Positions 37,918 to 47,110 of a stretch of 64,000 bases of DNA are shown one piece after another. A program made the translations under genes and the position numbers. Positions within the stretch are counted from its first letter, which is position 1; each line of letters opens with the position of its first letter. Origin of the DNA: Klebsiella phage Miami; the sequence record MT701590.1; one strand, given 5' to 3'. The notes beneath the pieces are model-generated. The model did not search any database. It was not told the DNA's origin and was given only the letters and a program-made list of their open reading frames with translations.

Positions 37918-38706
37918 ATGAAAATCACGAAACAAGAATTATTATCCGCTTATGTTAACAACGGCACGTCAGATGTCTTAATTATCAATAAAGATAATGA
38001 CACGTTAACTCTTCGTCTTCGTCAGTCTGATACCGATTACGACGATTTCAAGAACATCATAGGTTGGTTAGAAGAAATCACCTTCGTTGGCCATAATGAA
38101 TTACGTCTAAATCCAGGATCCTCACTAACCGGTAAGATCCATCTGGATAACGTGAGTTCTGACGTAGCGAAACTTAATATCGGCCACAGCTCTCTTGGTG
38201 TAACTAAGATAATTGGACGTGGTAGTGTGGAACTCACTAACGCCAGGATACAAGCGGCCACGATCATCTCCAATGCAGGTGATGATGTTACGACAATTAA
38301 AGATTCCGAAATCATTAAAGTTGATGTGGGGGCGAGTAAGATAGCTAATAGTTCTTTGGTTTGTAAAGACATCGTAGGATCGTCCCTCAAAGTCCATAAC
38401 TCCGATATTTGTCATTCGGTTATTTACGCTAACGGGGGAGAGATATTGGATAAGGCGATACGTTCTATTGTCGTCGATACGGACTTATTCGAAGGGAAGT
38501 ATTTATCCATTGGATTCAACGGTTGTCAGATCGTTTGTTATACAAATAAGAACGAGAAGATCGTCGTTGTAGGCGATAAACGATACAACCTAGGACTGTG
38601 GGAAGAACAATTCGTTAATAAAGAGCAAAATTCATTCATTAAAATGGTGAATCAAAAGAAATTAGAAATGATGAATATGTTCTTCGATAGTTTGGCGTTT
38701 AAATAA
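37918..38706 (+). CDS. beta-solenoid repeat protein, hypothetical (possible virion/tailspike accessory)
   Basis: Repetitive short beta-strand units (V/I-x-x-S-x-I/V). Converges with inverted tailspike paralog 4 on a perfect 18-bp palindromic hairpin. Confidence 0.5.
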   Translation: MKITKQELLSAYVNNGTSDVLIINKDNDTLTLRLRQSDTDYDDFKNIIGWLEEITFVGHNELRLNPGSSLTGKIHLDNVSSDVAKLNIGHSSLGVTKIIGRGSVELTNARIQAATIISNAGDDVTTIKDSEIIKVDVGASKIANSSLVCKDIVGSSLKVHNSDICHSVIYANGGEILDKAIRSIVVDTDLFEGKYLSIGFNGCQIVCYTNKNEKIVVVGDKRYNLGLWEEQFVNKEQNSFIKMVNQKKLEMMNMFFDSLAFK

Positions 38707-38712
38707 TAAAGT

Positions 38713-38748
38713 TTTACTCTACCTCGCGATATCGCGAGGTAGAGTAAA
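38713..38748. terminator. bidirectional terminator between convergent genes
   Basis: Perfect 18-bp palindrome TTTACTCTACCTCGCGAT|ATCGCGAGGTAGAGTAAA. Confidence 0.6.
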
Positions 38749-38752
38749 TTGT

Positions 38753-41323
38753 TTAACTTACATAAATGGAAGTTAACGATAGCTGGGAGAATATCCCTGA
38801 AATGTACGCCTGAACACCTCGCGTCCCTACGGTGTAGCGATCAATAAAACTATTCATTTGGGTCGAACTAGTTCCTGAATAGTCAGTCCCTGAAACCGAC
38901 ACGGAGGTTGTTCCCGATAGAGTATTGACTGAACTGGTAATATTAGTGGCGATGGATCTCGCCAAAATACCACTTCCGGGATAGTCAATTTTAAAAACAT
39001 CAAAAAAGGTATTACCGGATTGCAAATGGGTGGCCTGCAGACAATTTCCTTTGGCCACATATAAAGCCCCGGACCAACTACTATTATTTACTCCGGTGTT
39101 CCAGATCATCAGAGAAGAAATTGGCGTACCTGAGTTATTATAATAGGAGCAGTCACTTAACCGGAACCATTGGGCTAAATTCAAATTAGATGATGTGACC
39201 GAACTTAACGAGTAGTCGCCGGAAAAACTTACCCCTGACGCTTTCAGTCTGTGAAGGAACGCCGAATCGGCGGTCGTTAAAGGCAAATTAGTCCCTGATT
39301 TGACACTCCCTCCCCTCATGTTAATTTCTACACGTTGATTGGCTTCCTGGGTGCCGTCGTTGGTAATGAACCTTGATAACTCACAGTCGTTGAAATTATA
39401 GGACCCCCTTTGTGAGATTCTCACTAGGGTGGGGGTGCCGTTGTAATTGGGGTTGTGTAATCTCCTAGCGTCGAGCCTAATATTGTGTTGAAATCCGTAA
39501 GATGGACGTTTGATAATTAAATTATCCACCCCTACGTTGTTCATACTGACTTTCATGTCGATAGGTTCGAACATAGTGTCGGTCGATGCAGAAGTATTGC
39601 TTGCCCTGGGCTTCGTGTTGGTGAAATCAATTTTTAACGTCCCGCCGGCGGCGTAGGTAACGTTGTCAAATCGAATATTCATAGGAGGGGTAACCGTTCT
39701 GTCGCGGTTTATCCAATAAATATTTTGAAGGCAACTAGAAGCTTCCGGAGTCTCAATAGTCAAGCCGTCAATATCTATTTTATTAAATAGCTCCCCAGCC
39801 ATCTGAGACCCAGTAGGTAAAGAAGTGTAATTATCGGCGGCTCCCTGTACAATGGACCCTTCTCCATTGGACGCTAAACTGTAATATTTCCAAAATCCTC
39901 TGACCCTGACGTTACGCATAATCAGCGTCCCATCGGTGATTCCTCCGGAAGTAGTCCTGGCCTGCACAAGTGAAGGGAAAAGAAATTTTCCGTAGTAAGG
40001 GTCTCCGGATCCCCTCCCCAGTTCGTATACTGTGTCAAGTATCTCGAGAGTTGAGTTTTTAGTACCTAAGAAAACAGCAGCTCCGTCACCAATCTTGCAG
40101 TTTACAAGTTTGTAATATCCGATGCTTGGGTTATGACTATCGAAGTTGTTGGCCGAGCAATTATCAAAAATGGTATCGGCTATCCAACCGGCCGCGGATA
40201 TCGACCCCCATCCGTAGCCAAACGCGTTTACGTTTCTTACGTATAACTTCGCCCCCCACCCATGGTGGAGTGTGTAAGATGCATAAATGGTCGTTTGATC
40301 CGAGGAAGAAAAGGAAGCGGTTGGGTGAGCGTCGTAGATGAAATCCACGTAGGTGTTGTAGTAATACTGAATGTCGATAACGTGACGTGATCCTATTTCC
40401 GTAATCGGTTTATTGAGTATTCTCCCCTCTTTTATGATCAAGTTGGACACATAAAAGAACTGGAAGAATATAGGTCTAGGTCCATAACGATAGTCGACGT
40501 CCGGCATAATAAATTCACTGAAACCAGCCTGGATAGGTAGCGCCGATATGCTAGTAATCGACGTCCCGTTGTAAGGGAAGACGTTATCCATTTTGCCGTT
40601 AGCGCTTATCCTGGTTACGTGAGCGAGTTTCTGAGTTTTTGCGCCAGCTTGGGTTTGTGTGCTATTATAAACATATAGGTCGTCTGAAAAATTCATAATG
40701 ACCATGCTGTCGTTTAAAGTCGTGTCCGATCCCAACGAATCTAAACAACCGTTTCCGCTTAAGAAGTCTGTGGAGGCATTAGCATTTAACTTAGTTACCA
40801 CGGAAGATCCGGAGGCATGGTTAACTAATCCGCTCGATTGAGAGATCCAGAAAGTCCCGGTAAAATCAGCCGCCGGAATAATTTTCATTCCCCCTAAATC
40901 GGTCTTCTTATTATCGATGATCCAGTTAAACTTGGCGTTACCGGAAATCAAGTACTCACCAGATTTTTGTTTTATAGGAATGCCCGTCAATGTCGACAAT
41001 TGAATAAGGGCTAAAAGTTTGTCGGTGACGTCAACATCCCCCGTGTTCTCTATACCAAACATGTCACAGGAAAGAAATGTTTGAAGGTTAGAGACTTTAC
41101 CTCCATAAGGAAGATTTATAATTGACGACCCGTCCCCTCCGGTTAAAACATTCAGGGTTTCCTGGACGGCCGCCGCTACCCCCTTAGCGGTCAATCTCTG
41201 GTTACCAAAACGATCAGTATAGGTATTCTCATCGGAATTAATGATCTCATCTAACTTTTCGGCATTAAATCTAACATCTATAGCGGTGCTACTGGGTATA
41301 CCATTTTGTGTTGGAGTCGTCAT
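38753..41323 (-). CDS. tail fibre/tailspike paralog 4 (conserved N-terminal anchor domain), inverted orientation
   Basis: N-terminus MTTPTQNGIPSS..FNAEKLDEIINSDENTYTDRFGNQRLT. RBS ggagggagag on the minus strand. 856 aa. Confidence 0.7.
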   Translation of the reverse strand: MTTPTQNGIPSSTAIDVRFNAEKLDEIINSDENTYTDRFGNQRLTAKGVAAAVQETLNVLTGGDGSSIINLPYGGKVSNLQTFLSCDMFGIENTGDVDVTDKLLALIQLSTLTGIPIKQKSGEYLISGNAKFNWIIDNKKTDLGGMKIIPAADFTGTFWISQSSGLVNHASGSSVVTKLNANASTDFLSGNGCLDSLGSDTTLNDSMVIMNFSDDLYVYNSTQTQAGAKTQKLAHVTRISANGKMDNVFPYNGTSITSISALPIQAGFSEFIMPDVDYRYGPRPIFFQFFYVSNLIIKEGRILNKPITEIGSRHVIDIQYYYNTYVDFIYDAHPTASFSSSDQTTIYASYTLHHGWGAKLYVRNVNAFGYGWGSISAAGWIADTIFDNCSANNFDSHNPSIGYYKLVNCKIGDGAAVFLGTKNSTLEILDTVYELGRGSGDPYYGKFLFPSLVQARTTSGGITDGTLIMRNVRVRGFWKYYSLASNGEGSIVQGAADNYTSLPTGSQMAGELFNKIDIDGLTIETPEASSCLQNIYWINRDRTVTPPMNIRFDNVTYAAGGTLKIDFTNTKPRASNTSASTDTMFEPIDMKVSMNNVGVDNLIIKRPSYGFQHNIRLDARRLHNPNYNGTPTLVRISQRGSYNFNDCELSRFITNDGTQEANQRVEINMRGGSVKSGTNLPLTTADSAFLHRLKASGVSFSGDYSLSSVTSSNLNLAQWFRLSDCSYYNNSGTPISSLMIWNTGVNNSSWSGALYVAKGNCLQATHLQSGNTFFDVFKIDYPGSGILARSIATNITSSVNTLSGTTSVSVSGTDYSGTSSTQMNSFIDRYTVGTRGVQAYISGIFSQLSLTSIYVS

Positions 41324-41436
41324 CTCTCCCTCCGACTATAAAAATTAACGGCCACACATATTACTATGCATGACTCCTAATGAACTTGGGTCATAAAATT
41401 CAACATGATATTAATCTACATTATTGAGGTTTTATT

Positions 41437-41712
41437 ATGAAATTTACTTCTGCTGTTGCAAAACTCAAACCCGGTTACGGGATTCAGTGCACCGATTGGA
41501 ATGGTGCTAATCAATTTGTTTTTGATGCCTCTTTGACCATGTCTCTCGTTGAAGCACGCAAGCAGGGCTTCCCCGGCCCGGTTAAACTGAAACCGGTTTA
41601 CGTGTTGCATAACGCTAAAGGTGAGCTGCAACCTGGTTGGGTGCCTTCTCAGGGTGATCTGCGCAACGAGAACTGGGTCGTTGTCAAAATCAAAGACGCG
41701 CTGGCGAAATGA
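41437..41712 (+). CDS. hypothetical protein
   Basis: 91-aa ORF, divergent from the inverted tailspike gene. Confidence 0.5.
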   Translation: MKFTSAVAKLKPGYGIQCTDWNGANQFVFDASLTMSLVEARKQGFPGPVKLKPVYVLHNAKGELQPGWVPSQGDLRNENWVVVKIKDALAK

Positions 41713-42035
41713 ACTACCATCTCTTCTTCGTCGTAGGATTGACGGTTTGTTTGATCGTTTTTAGTGTCTTTGACGATTACTACACGAAAAGAGCGATTGG
41801 ACTTAAAGGTTACGTTCCTTTCTGGGCCGTCGCAGTAATTCCAGGAAAATCCAAACTTAGTCTTAAACTGATTAAGTTTAAGATGGCGTGTTATGTTTTA
41901 GTTTGGATTGCGTGGCTGGTCATTCTATCATCTCCGTTACCTTTTCTTGTTGCGTTGATGATGACGATCTTGGGATTACTCAGTTGTATCATGTTAGGAT
42001 CGTTGCTTCACAACATCGCTCAATCTAAAAAATAA
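41709..42035 (+). CDS. membrane protein, hypothetical
   Basis: Three hydrophobic helices. ATGA overlap with the upstream gene. Confidence 0.5.
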   Translation: MNYHLFFVVGLTVCLIVFSVFDDYYTKRAIGLKGYVPFWAVAVIPGKSKLSLKLIKFKMACYVLVWIAWLVILSSPLPFLVALMMTILGLLSCIMLGSLLHNIAQSKK

Positions 42036-42086
42036 ATCTAAGTAGGAGAGGTTTCCCCTCTCCTACTTAATAAAGGATGATCTTTT

Positions 42087-43010
42087 ATGCCTATCATTAT
42101 CGTTCCAGTTAGCGGTGGGGTGGAATCCACTGCTTTACTCCATAAAGCCTTACAAGGTGACAACGAAGTTCATCCCGTATACGTTGCCGTCAACGGCGAT
42201 CCCAGATCATCAGTATTTGATTTAACCGCAGCCGAACATATAGTGAATTGGTTTGAAGAACATAAAGGTGGTTACGTCGGGAGATTAAGACCCTTAACGT
42301 ATATGATCAATCCGGTTTTCTTTCATCTCCATAACAACAACAAAATAGAAAACACTCCGGCTAATTATGGAGTGACCCAACAATTTCAATTGGTTTACAA
42401 CATTAGTCTTCTTCGATCTAAATTTTGGGATTGTAATCCAGGTGTCTGGATTGGTTGGTTAAAGGAGGATGGCAATGAATTTTCTTTTAACGAATACGAT
42501 TTCTCGGCAGAGGAGTATAAGGAACTATTAAAATTACCCGTGACACTAGGGACGTTATCTAATATAGATAGAACGTGTAAGCCTTTTAGAGCCCCCTTCT
42601 GGGAAATGACTAAATCGGATGTTTATCTGAGCTTACCTGAAGAACTTAAAACTTTAGTCGTTCCTAACGGTTCCGAGTATTATAACGGAGACGGTGACTT
42701 GGTCAGAACACCTTGGAAAGCTAAAAGGAAAGAATGGATCAATGCGAACATACCTATTAAAGACAGTTATGTATTTTCAGCAGCTCAGATTTCCCGCATA
42801 GGGCGATACGCCGGAAAGAAACTCTTGGGGAAAGATTTCAATCTCTCTCCTAATTACGACGCTTTAATCGAATTAGTTTATCGAGACTCTCGATGGCACC
42901 CCCTCCCCTTTACCAATAAAGACTTCTACACCATTTGTAGTGCGAATAACTTAAAAGACATCGTCAGGGAAGCCCAACACAACATCCCTGCTATCAGACC
43001 AATCGGTTAG
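42087..43010 (+). CDS. PP-loop ATPase (adenine-nucleotide alpha-hydrolase superfamily, QueC-like)
   Basis: N-terminus IIIVPVSGGVESTALLHKA fits the SGGxDS PP-loop, with Glu in place of Asp. The following YVAVNGD resembles the QueC layout. There is no obvious C-terminal Cys cluster. 307 aa. Confidence 0.6.
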   Translation: MPIIIVPVSGGVESTALLHKALQGDNEVHPVYVAVNGDPRSSVFDLTAAEHIVNWFEEHKGGYVGRLRPLTYMINPVFFHLHNNNKIENTPANYGVTQQFQLVYNISLLRSKFWDCNPGVWIGWLKEDGNEFSFNEYDFSAEEYKELLKLPVTLGTLSNIDRTCKPFRAPFWEMTKSDVYLSLPEELKTLVVPNGSEYYNGDGDLVRTPWKAKRKEWINANIPIKDSYVFSAAQISRIGRYAGKKLLGKDFNLSPNYDALIELVYRDSRWHPLPFTNKDFYTICSANNLKDIVREAQHNIPAIRPIG

Positions 43011-43061
43011 TTGGATGGCTTTATCTATTTTCAGTTCTACATTATCTTTTCGGAGTAATCA

Positions 43062-43250
43062 ATGAAATGTAATCACGATTTTGAAAAACCAACTTACGAA
43101 TTCTTAAAGAAGGAGCTGGGTTTCTTTCACTGCTTTAAACGAACGTGTAAACTATGCGGTCATGTTCACCAACAAGAAGTGAAACGTAAATCAGATGCGC
43201 CTCTCTGGGCTAAAGAAGCGGAAGAGGTATTTCACTATCACAAATTTTAG
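43062..43250 (+). CDS. small zinc-ribbon protein
   Basis: 62 aa with C-x-H ... C-x4-C-x2-C-x-H-x-H. Confidence 0.45.
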   Translation: MKCNHDFEKPTYEFLKKELGFFHCFKRTCKLCGHVHQQEVKRKSDAPLWAKEAEEVFHYHKF

Positions 43251-43262
43251 GAGTCAATATCA

Positions 43263-43658
43263 ATGGGTATGATCGATTATGTTTACGTTGAGGGAGATAA
43301 TAAGGTCGGAATCCCTAAACTAATCGGCGGTGAGCACTATCAAACCACGGAAATGGATTGTCTTTCGGTTAAATACAAAATTAATGAAAATGGTGTATTT
43401 TCTGTCGTGGGAAAGGGTAATTGGGAAGGTGATTACGAACAAGATGTTTTGGGTGGGCGTTTAACCGAAACAATTGCGCTCGTAGGAGAAACGGAAGAAG
43501 GTAATAAAGAGCTTTTTCTTTATATCGAGAATAACGTTGTTAAATTCGTTTTCGAATACGGTAACATTCGGTATAGAGCCGAAGATATTAACCTTGACAG
43601 CATGTATCGAAAATTCACCGATGAATTCTTGGGTGAATTCGAATTCTTATTAGAGTGA
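43263..43658 (+). CDS. hypothetical protein
   Basis: 131-aa ORF. Confidence 0.5.
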   Translation: MGMIDYVYVEGDNKVGIPKLIGGEHYQTTEMDCLSVKYKINENGVFSVVGKGNWEGDYEQDVLGGRLTETIALVGETEEGNKELFLYIENNVVKFVFEYGNIRYRAEDINLDSMYRKFTDEFLGEFEFLLE

Positions 43659-43665
43659 GGATAAA

Positions 43666-44232
43666 ATGGCTTTCTCTATTTCTGGAAATGGTCTAAAGAC
43701 AAAGGGTTTAAGGACACCTAATTGCTCTTGGATTAAAAATGCAAATGATCGATTCTATTCAATCGATAATGGTTGGGAGCGGTATATGAAAGCCTCTACA
43801 GAAGAGATCATTAATGGGGTAAAACGCATTAACCTCAGTTCACCTGATTTTGGCATTAACGATATTTTGATTAGTTTAATCGTTAGATTCAATACCGATA
43901 TTCGTTTGAGCAAAATCTTCAAGAAGGTTAACAATAACGATGTTCCTTCTTTGTTTAATGACAGCGACTTCGTAAAGCATTACACTCAGCGACCTCATAT
44001 AGAAAACGGGTTATTGAAATATAACAGTTGGACAGTGGGGGCGGGCCGTCTGCCAAAAATCCAGTCTTTTGATTGGAGAGTGTATGGGTCTGAGGGATTT
44101 AATATCATAACCATCCCCAACCCAAAACCTAAACTAAAGATCCGGTTTACAAGAAGTAATAAGCCAGGGTACGTTAATTTTGTTGTTAAAGAACAACCGG
44201 AACTTAACGAATGGGAGAAAGTTTATGGGTAA
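43666..44232 (+). CDS. hypothetical protein
   Basis: 188-aa ORF, RBS gagtgaggataaa. Confidence 0.5.
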   Translation: MAFSISGNGLKTKGLRTPNCSWIKNANDRFYSIDNGWERYMKASTEEIINGVKRINLSSPDFGINDILISLIVRFNTDIRLSKIFKKVNNNDVPSLFNDSDFVKHYTQRPHIENGLLKYNSWTVGAGRLPKIQSFDWRVYGSEGFNIITIPNPKPKLKIRFTRSNKPGYVNFVVKEQPELNEWEKVYG

Positions 44233-44443
44233 AGCGGATCGAATTAAAGTTAAACGGGCCGCGAAGTCATTGGCCTCGATGAAAGACGAGATGGCACGGG
44301 CGTTAGACAGGTCGTTTTTAGCCGCAATCGAAGCGTTAAAATCGGTTACGGCCCCACCCCAACCGGCTTTGGTGAAAAAGTCGGAAGCAGAGGACCTGGA
44401 CGAAGGTACGATCGTTGAGGAACGCAGTAATGACAAAACGTAA
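44225..44443 (+). CDS. hypothetical small protein
   Basis: Start taken at ATG 44225 (RBS gggagaaag), overlapping the upstream stop. The track gives a longer version starting at 44180. Confidence 0.4.
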   Translation: MGKADRIKVKRAAKSLASMKDEMARALDRSFLAAIEALKSVTAPPQPALVKKSEAEDLDEGTIVEERSNDKT

Positions 44444-44735
44444 GTTACTCTCTGGTCAAGGCATGACACGATCTGAAAAGAAGATTTTCAGATATTTCGA
44501 GGGTCGTGTTTTAAGGGGTCGGCGTAAGTATATTAAAATTACTCGTGATGAGATTTTATCTCGGAAATATGACGGGTCTTTCATGCCCGAATCGGCATTC
44601 GTCAAGATGTTGGAAAAATCCTTCGGTCACGCCTTCGAAGGAAAAATAAACGAACGCTGGTCTGCGAGTTTAGCCAACTATTCTTCTCTCAACAAAAAGG
44701 TCGCTCTTCGCGGACATTTAAGAGATTCTGTTTAA
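44430..44735 (+). CDS. hypothetical basic protein
   Basis: ATG 44430 preceded by gagg. The track ORF begins at a TTG at 44415. Confidence 0.45.
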   Translation: MTKRKLLSGQGMTRSEKKIFRYFEGRVLRGRRKYIKITRDEILSRKYDGSFMPESAFVKMLEKSFGHAFEGKINERWSASLANYSSLNKKVALRGHLRDSV

Positions 44736-44761
44736 ACCTAATTACCGACAGGAAATAAAAA

Positions 44762-45151
44762 ATGAGTAAACGAGGATTATCATCCAGCCCCTATAGGAGT
44801 AGACTCGAAAAGAAAAAGTTGGATAAGAGGAGAGCCGATCTTTTCACAGGACCTAAACTGAGGGGCCGTAAAGCTATTCAACAGAAAATCCGGATTGAAT
44901 CATATTTTAAAGACATTTGTTGGAATCCCGACGGATACTTATTAAGTCAAAATCACACTCGTAAATTTAGACAAATGCTCTCCGCCACCCCAATTCTTAG
45001 TGCTTCAGCGGAAGCGCTTAATGGTTCCGCTAACCGACAAGAGAGTATCTACGAAACATTCTCTTTTTATACCCACAAAAATATTGACCTTAGAGATTAT
45101 CGCAAGGCTCATGGTCGTCCTTTAACTACTAACGGATTCCAACATGGCTAA
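44762..45151 (+). CDS. hypothetical basic protein
   Basis: 129 aa, K/R-rich N-terminus. Confidence 0.5.
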   Translation: MSKRGLSSSPYRSRLEKKKLDKRRADLFTGPKLRGRKAIQQKIRIESYFKDICWNPDGYLLSQNHTRKFRQMLSATPILSASAEALNGSANRQESIYETFSFYTHKNIDLRDYRKAHGRPLTTNGFQHG

Positions 45152-45692
45152 AAGTATCTGGAAACCGGGCGTTAAGATCACCCGTAAAGAAAAGAAAGCG
45201 CTTCGTCGTTTAATGCCGCATCCTAATAAGGGTCGTAAGCACTACCAGTGGCGGGTAGAAAACTTACGCATTAGTCACATCATGAAAAACGTATTGAATG
45301 ATGACGGTACGCTGAATATCGTTCAGGTTGCTAAACACTCGGTTCGCGTTTCGGCTAAACTCACGATGAAGAGAGAATTCGCGATATCGCGTGTCCAGGG
45401 TAAAGTAAAGGGTCCGATCTTTACAGAAGTCGATAACATCGGTCAAAATCAAGGGGAGGTCACCGAGAGACTGAGAACCGGATACCAATTCACCGTGACC
45501 TCCCCAGAGTTAGCGAAAACGATTAGGGAACTCCCCGCTGATATCGATCCGGTCCAATTCAAAGAAACCTGTGATAAGGTTATCGAACAATATCTCAGTG
45601 ATAACATTAAGAACGGAACCACCAATCCAGAAATAAAAGGAGTGCATCTTTGTGGCAAAGCCAGTAACATACCGCCAGTTCCTAAAGAATAA
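45144..45692 (+). CDS. hypothetical basic protein
   Basis: 182 aa, K/R-rich N-terminus, overlaps the upstream gene by 8 nt. Confidence 0.5.
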   Translation: MAKSIWKPGVKITRKEKKALRRLMPHPNKGRKHYQWRVENLRISHIMKNVLNDDGTLNIVQVAKHSVRVSAKLTMKREFAISRVQGKVKGPIFTEVDNIGQNQGEVTERLRTGYQFTVTSPELAKTIRELPADIDPVQFKETCDKVIEQYLSDNIKNGTTNPEIKGVHLCGKASNIPPVPKE

Positions 45693-45906
45693 CGGCATCC
45701 CTAAAGATAAGAAGGAACCCCTTATCCCACCCACAGCGACATTGCTGCCTAAACCGGAAGTTCCTAAAGGATTGGATTCTAGTCTTCGCGGTACAGATGG
45801 AATCGGGATTGATACGTTTGGGGACGTGGATGGTCGTTCAGGGAGGATTCAAATCATTAATGCTAAGAAAGCCCACGGAGAATGGTTTACTTGGCCTAAC
45901 AAATGA
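45652..45906 (+). CDS. hypothetical protein (GTG start, 41-nt overlap with the upstream gene)
   Basis: 84-aa ORF whose exact start is uncertain. Confidence 0.35.
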   Translation: MAKPVTYRQFLKNNGIPKDKKEPLIPPTATLLPKPEVPKGLDSSLRGTDGIGIDTFGDVDGRSGRIQIINAKKAHGEWFTWPNK

Positions 45907-46811
45907 GGTCCGCAAAGGTGGCAGTTAAAACAATCCCGCTTCACTCCCTCACAGTCTCTGAATTGAAAATAGATTTGGGTAAAACCACTAAAGACCGACC
46001 CGTTATCTTCCATCTCCTGATAATGGTGGCGGCTAACATCAGGTTTCCTTATTTAAGGACGGAACTCACCTACGGGGATAAAATAAAACACAGCTCTAAT
46101 TTCTCCATCCATATAGACGCTTTAAAGGAGATCGTAGCGGGAAAACAAAATGTGTTTAACTTTTTCATCAGTCACTTAAAAGAGACTCTTAATAAAGAAA
46201 CTGAATCGGCTTACTTTAGGGGCTTAAAAGAAGGTTGTGATAAGATAAAAATTCTTGGGAACAAGCTTGATCTTTTTGAAGAAGAGCCGGTGTGCTTCAA
46301 TCAAGTTTTCATTGAGCACGTTAATCGTATTTTTATGAAAAAAGAAGCGTCCGTGCGGCGTAGAATGCTATTCCACAAGGAACCTTTTAGATTAGTAGAA
46401 AGTTTCTCTTTCCCGCTAGAAACCAACGGACCGACTTTGTCCTTTTACATGGTTACGTCAGGAGAGAGGCAGCTGCCTTGGGTCCTTTGTATTATTGAGT
46501 TAGATTATCTGGTTAATAAAGAGTTTGACATTTATCTGACAAACGAAGATTTTCAGCTCATCATTAACAAAACGGTAAGCGCCGAAGAACTTTGTATTGG
46601 GAAAGCCATATTAGTAGCCAAAGGGATTTTTGGTGAGGAGTCATCTATTACGGGAAGGCTGAAAACACTATACGAGGCTTTCTTCCAGGTAGGGGTCGGG
46701 TCTGAAACATTAATCAGTTCTGGGTTTTATCAGGCAACGGTAAAAACATATTTGGATTGTGAAAATATCCAGAAAGCGCAGTTTAGTCAAAATTCAGAGA
46801 TGAAGAAATAA
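45903..46811 (+). CDS. hypothetical protein
   Basis: 302-aa ORF, ATGA overlap. Confidence 0.55.
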   Translation: MRSAKVAVKTIPLHSLTVSELKIDLGKTTKDRPVIFHLLIMVAANIRFPYLRTELTYGDKIKHSSNFSIHIDALKEIVAGKQNVFNFFISHLKETLNKETESAYFRGLKEGCDKIKILGNKLDLFEEEPVCFNQVFIEHVNRIFMKKEASVRRRMLFHKEPFRLVESFSFPLETNGPTLSFYMVTSGERQLPWVLCIIELDYLVNKEFDIYLTNEDFQLIINKTVSAEELCIGKAILVAKGIFGEESSITGRLKTLYEAFFQVGVGSETLISSGFYQATVKTYLDCENIQKAQFSQNSEMKK

Positions 46812-47110
46812 TGGAAACGTTAAAACTAGCACATAAATCTGGGAAGATGGATGTCTACACTTTTTCTTTTGGGACTAAATCCTTCTCGATTAGAACCACA
46901 CAACCTTTAACGAGGATGAATAGACTAAATAAATTAATCGAATATTTGAGTTCGTCTAATTCAGCAGTTAAAATTTCTCCCAAGGATGTTTGCGATCTTT
47001 ATAAACTTCGCGTAATGACAGATGATGGGAAGAACATTAGATTACTATTAACCATTAAAACTATGGTTGAGAAACTCATAGTCAAATTAGAGAAGGATAA
47101 CCAAAAATGA
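46811..47110 (+). CDS. hypothetical protein
   Basis: 99-aa ORF, start overlapping the upstream stop. Confidence 0.5.
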   Translation: METLKLAHKSGKMDVYTFSFGTKSFSIRTTQPLTRMNRLNKLIEYLSSSNSAVKISPKDVCDLYKLRVMTDDGKNIRLLLTIKTMVEKLIVKLEKDNQK

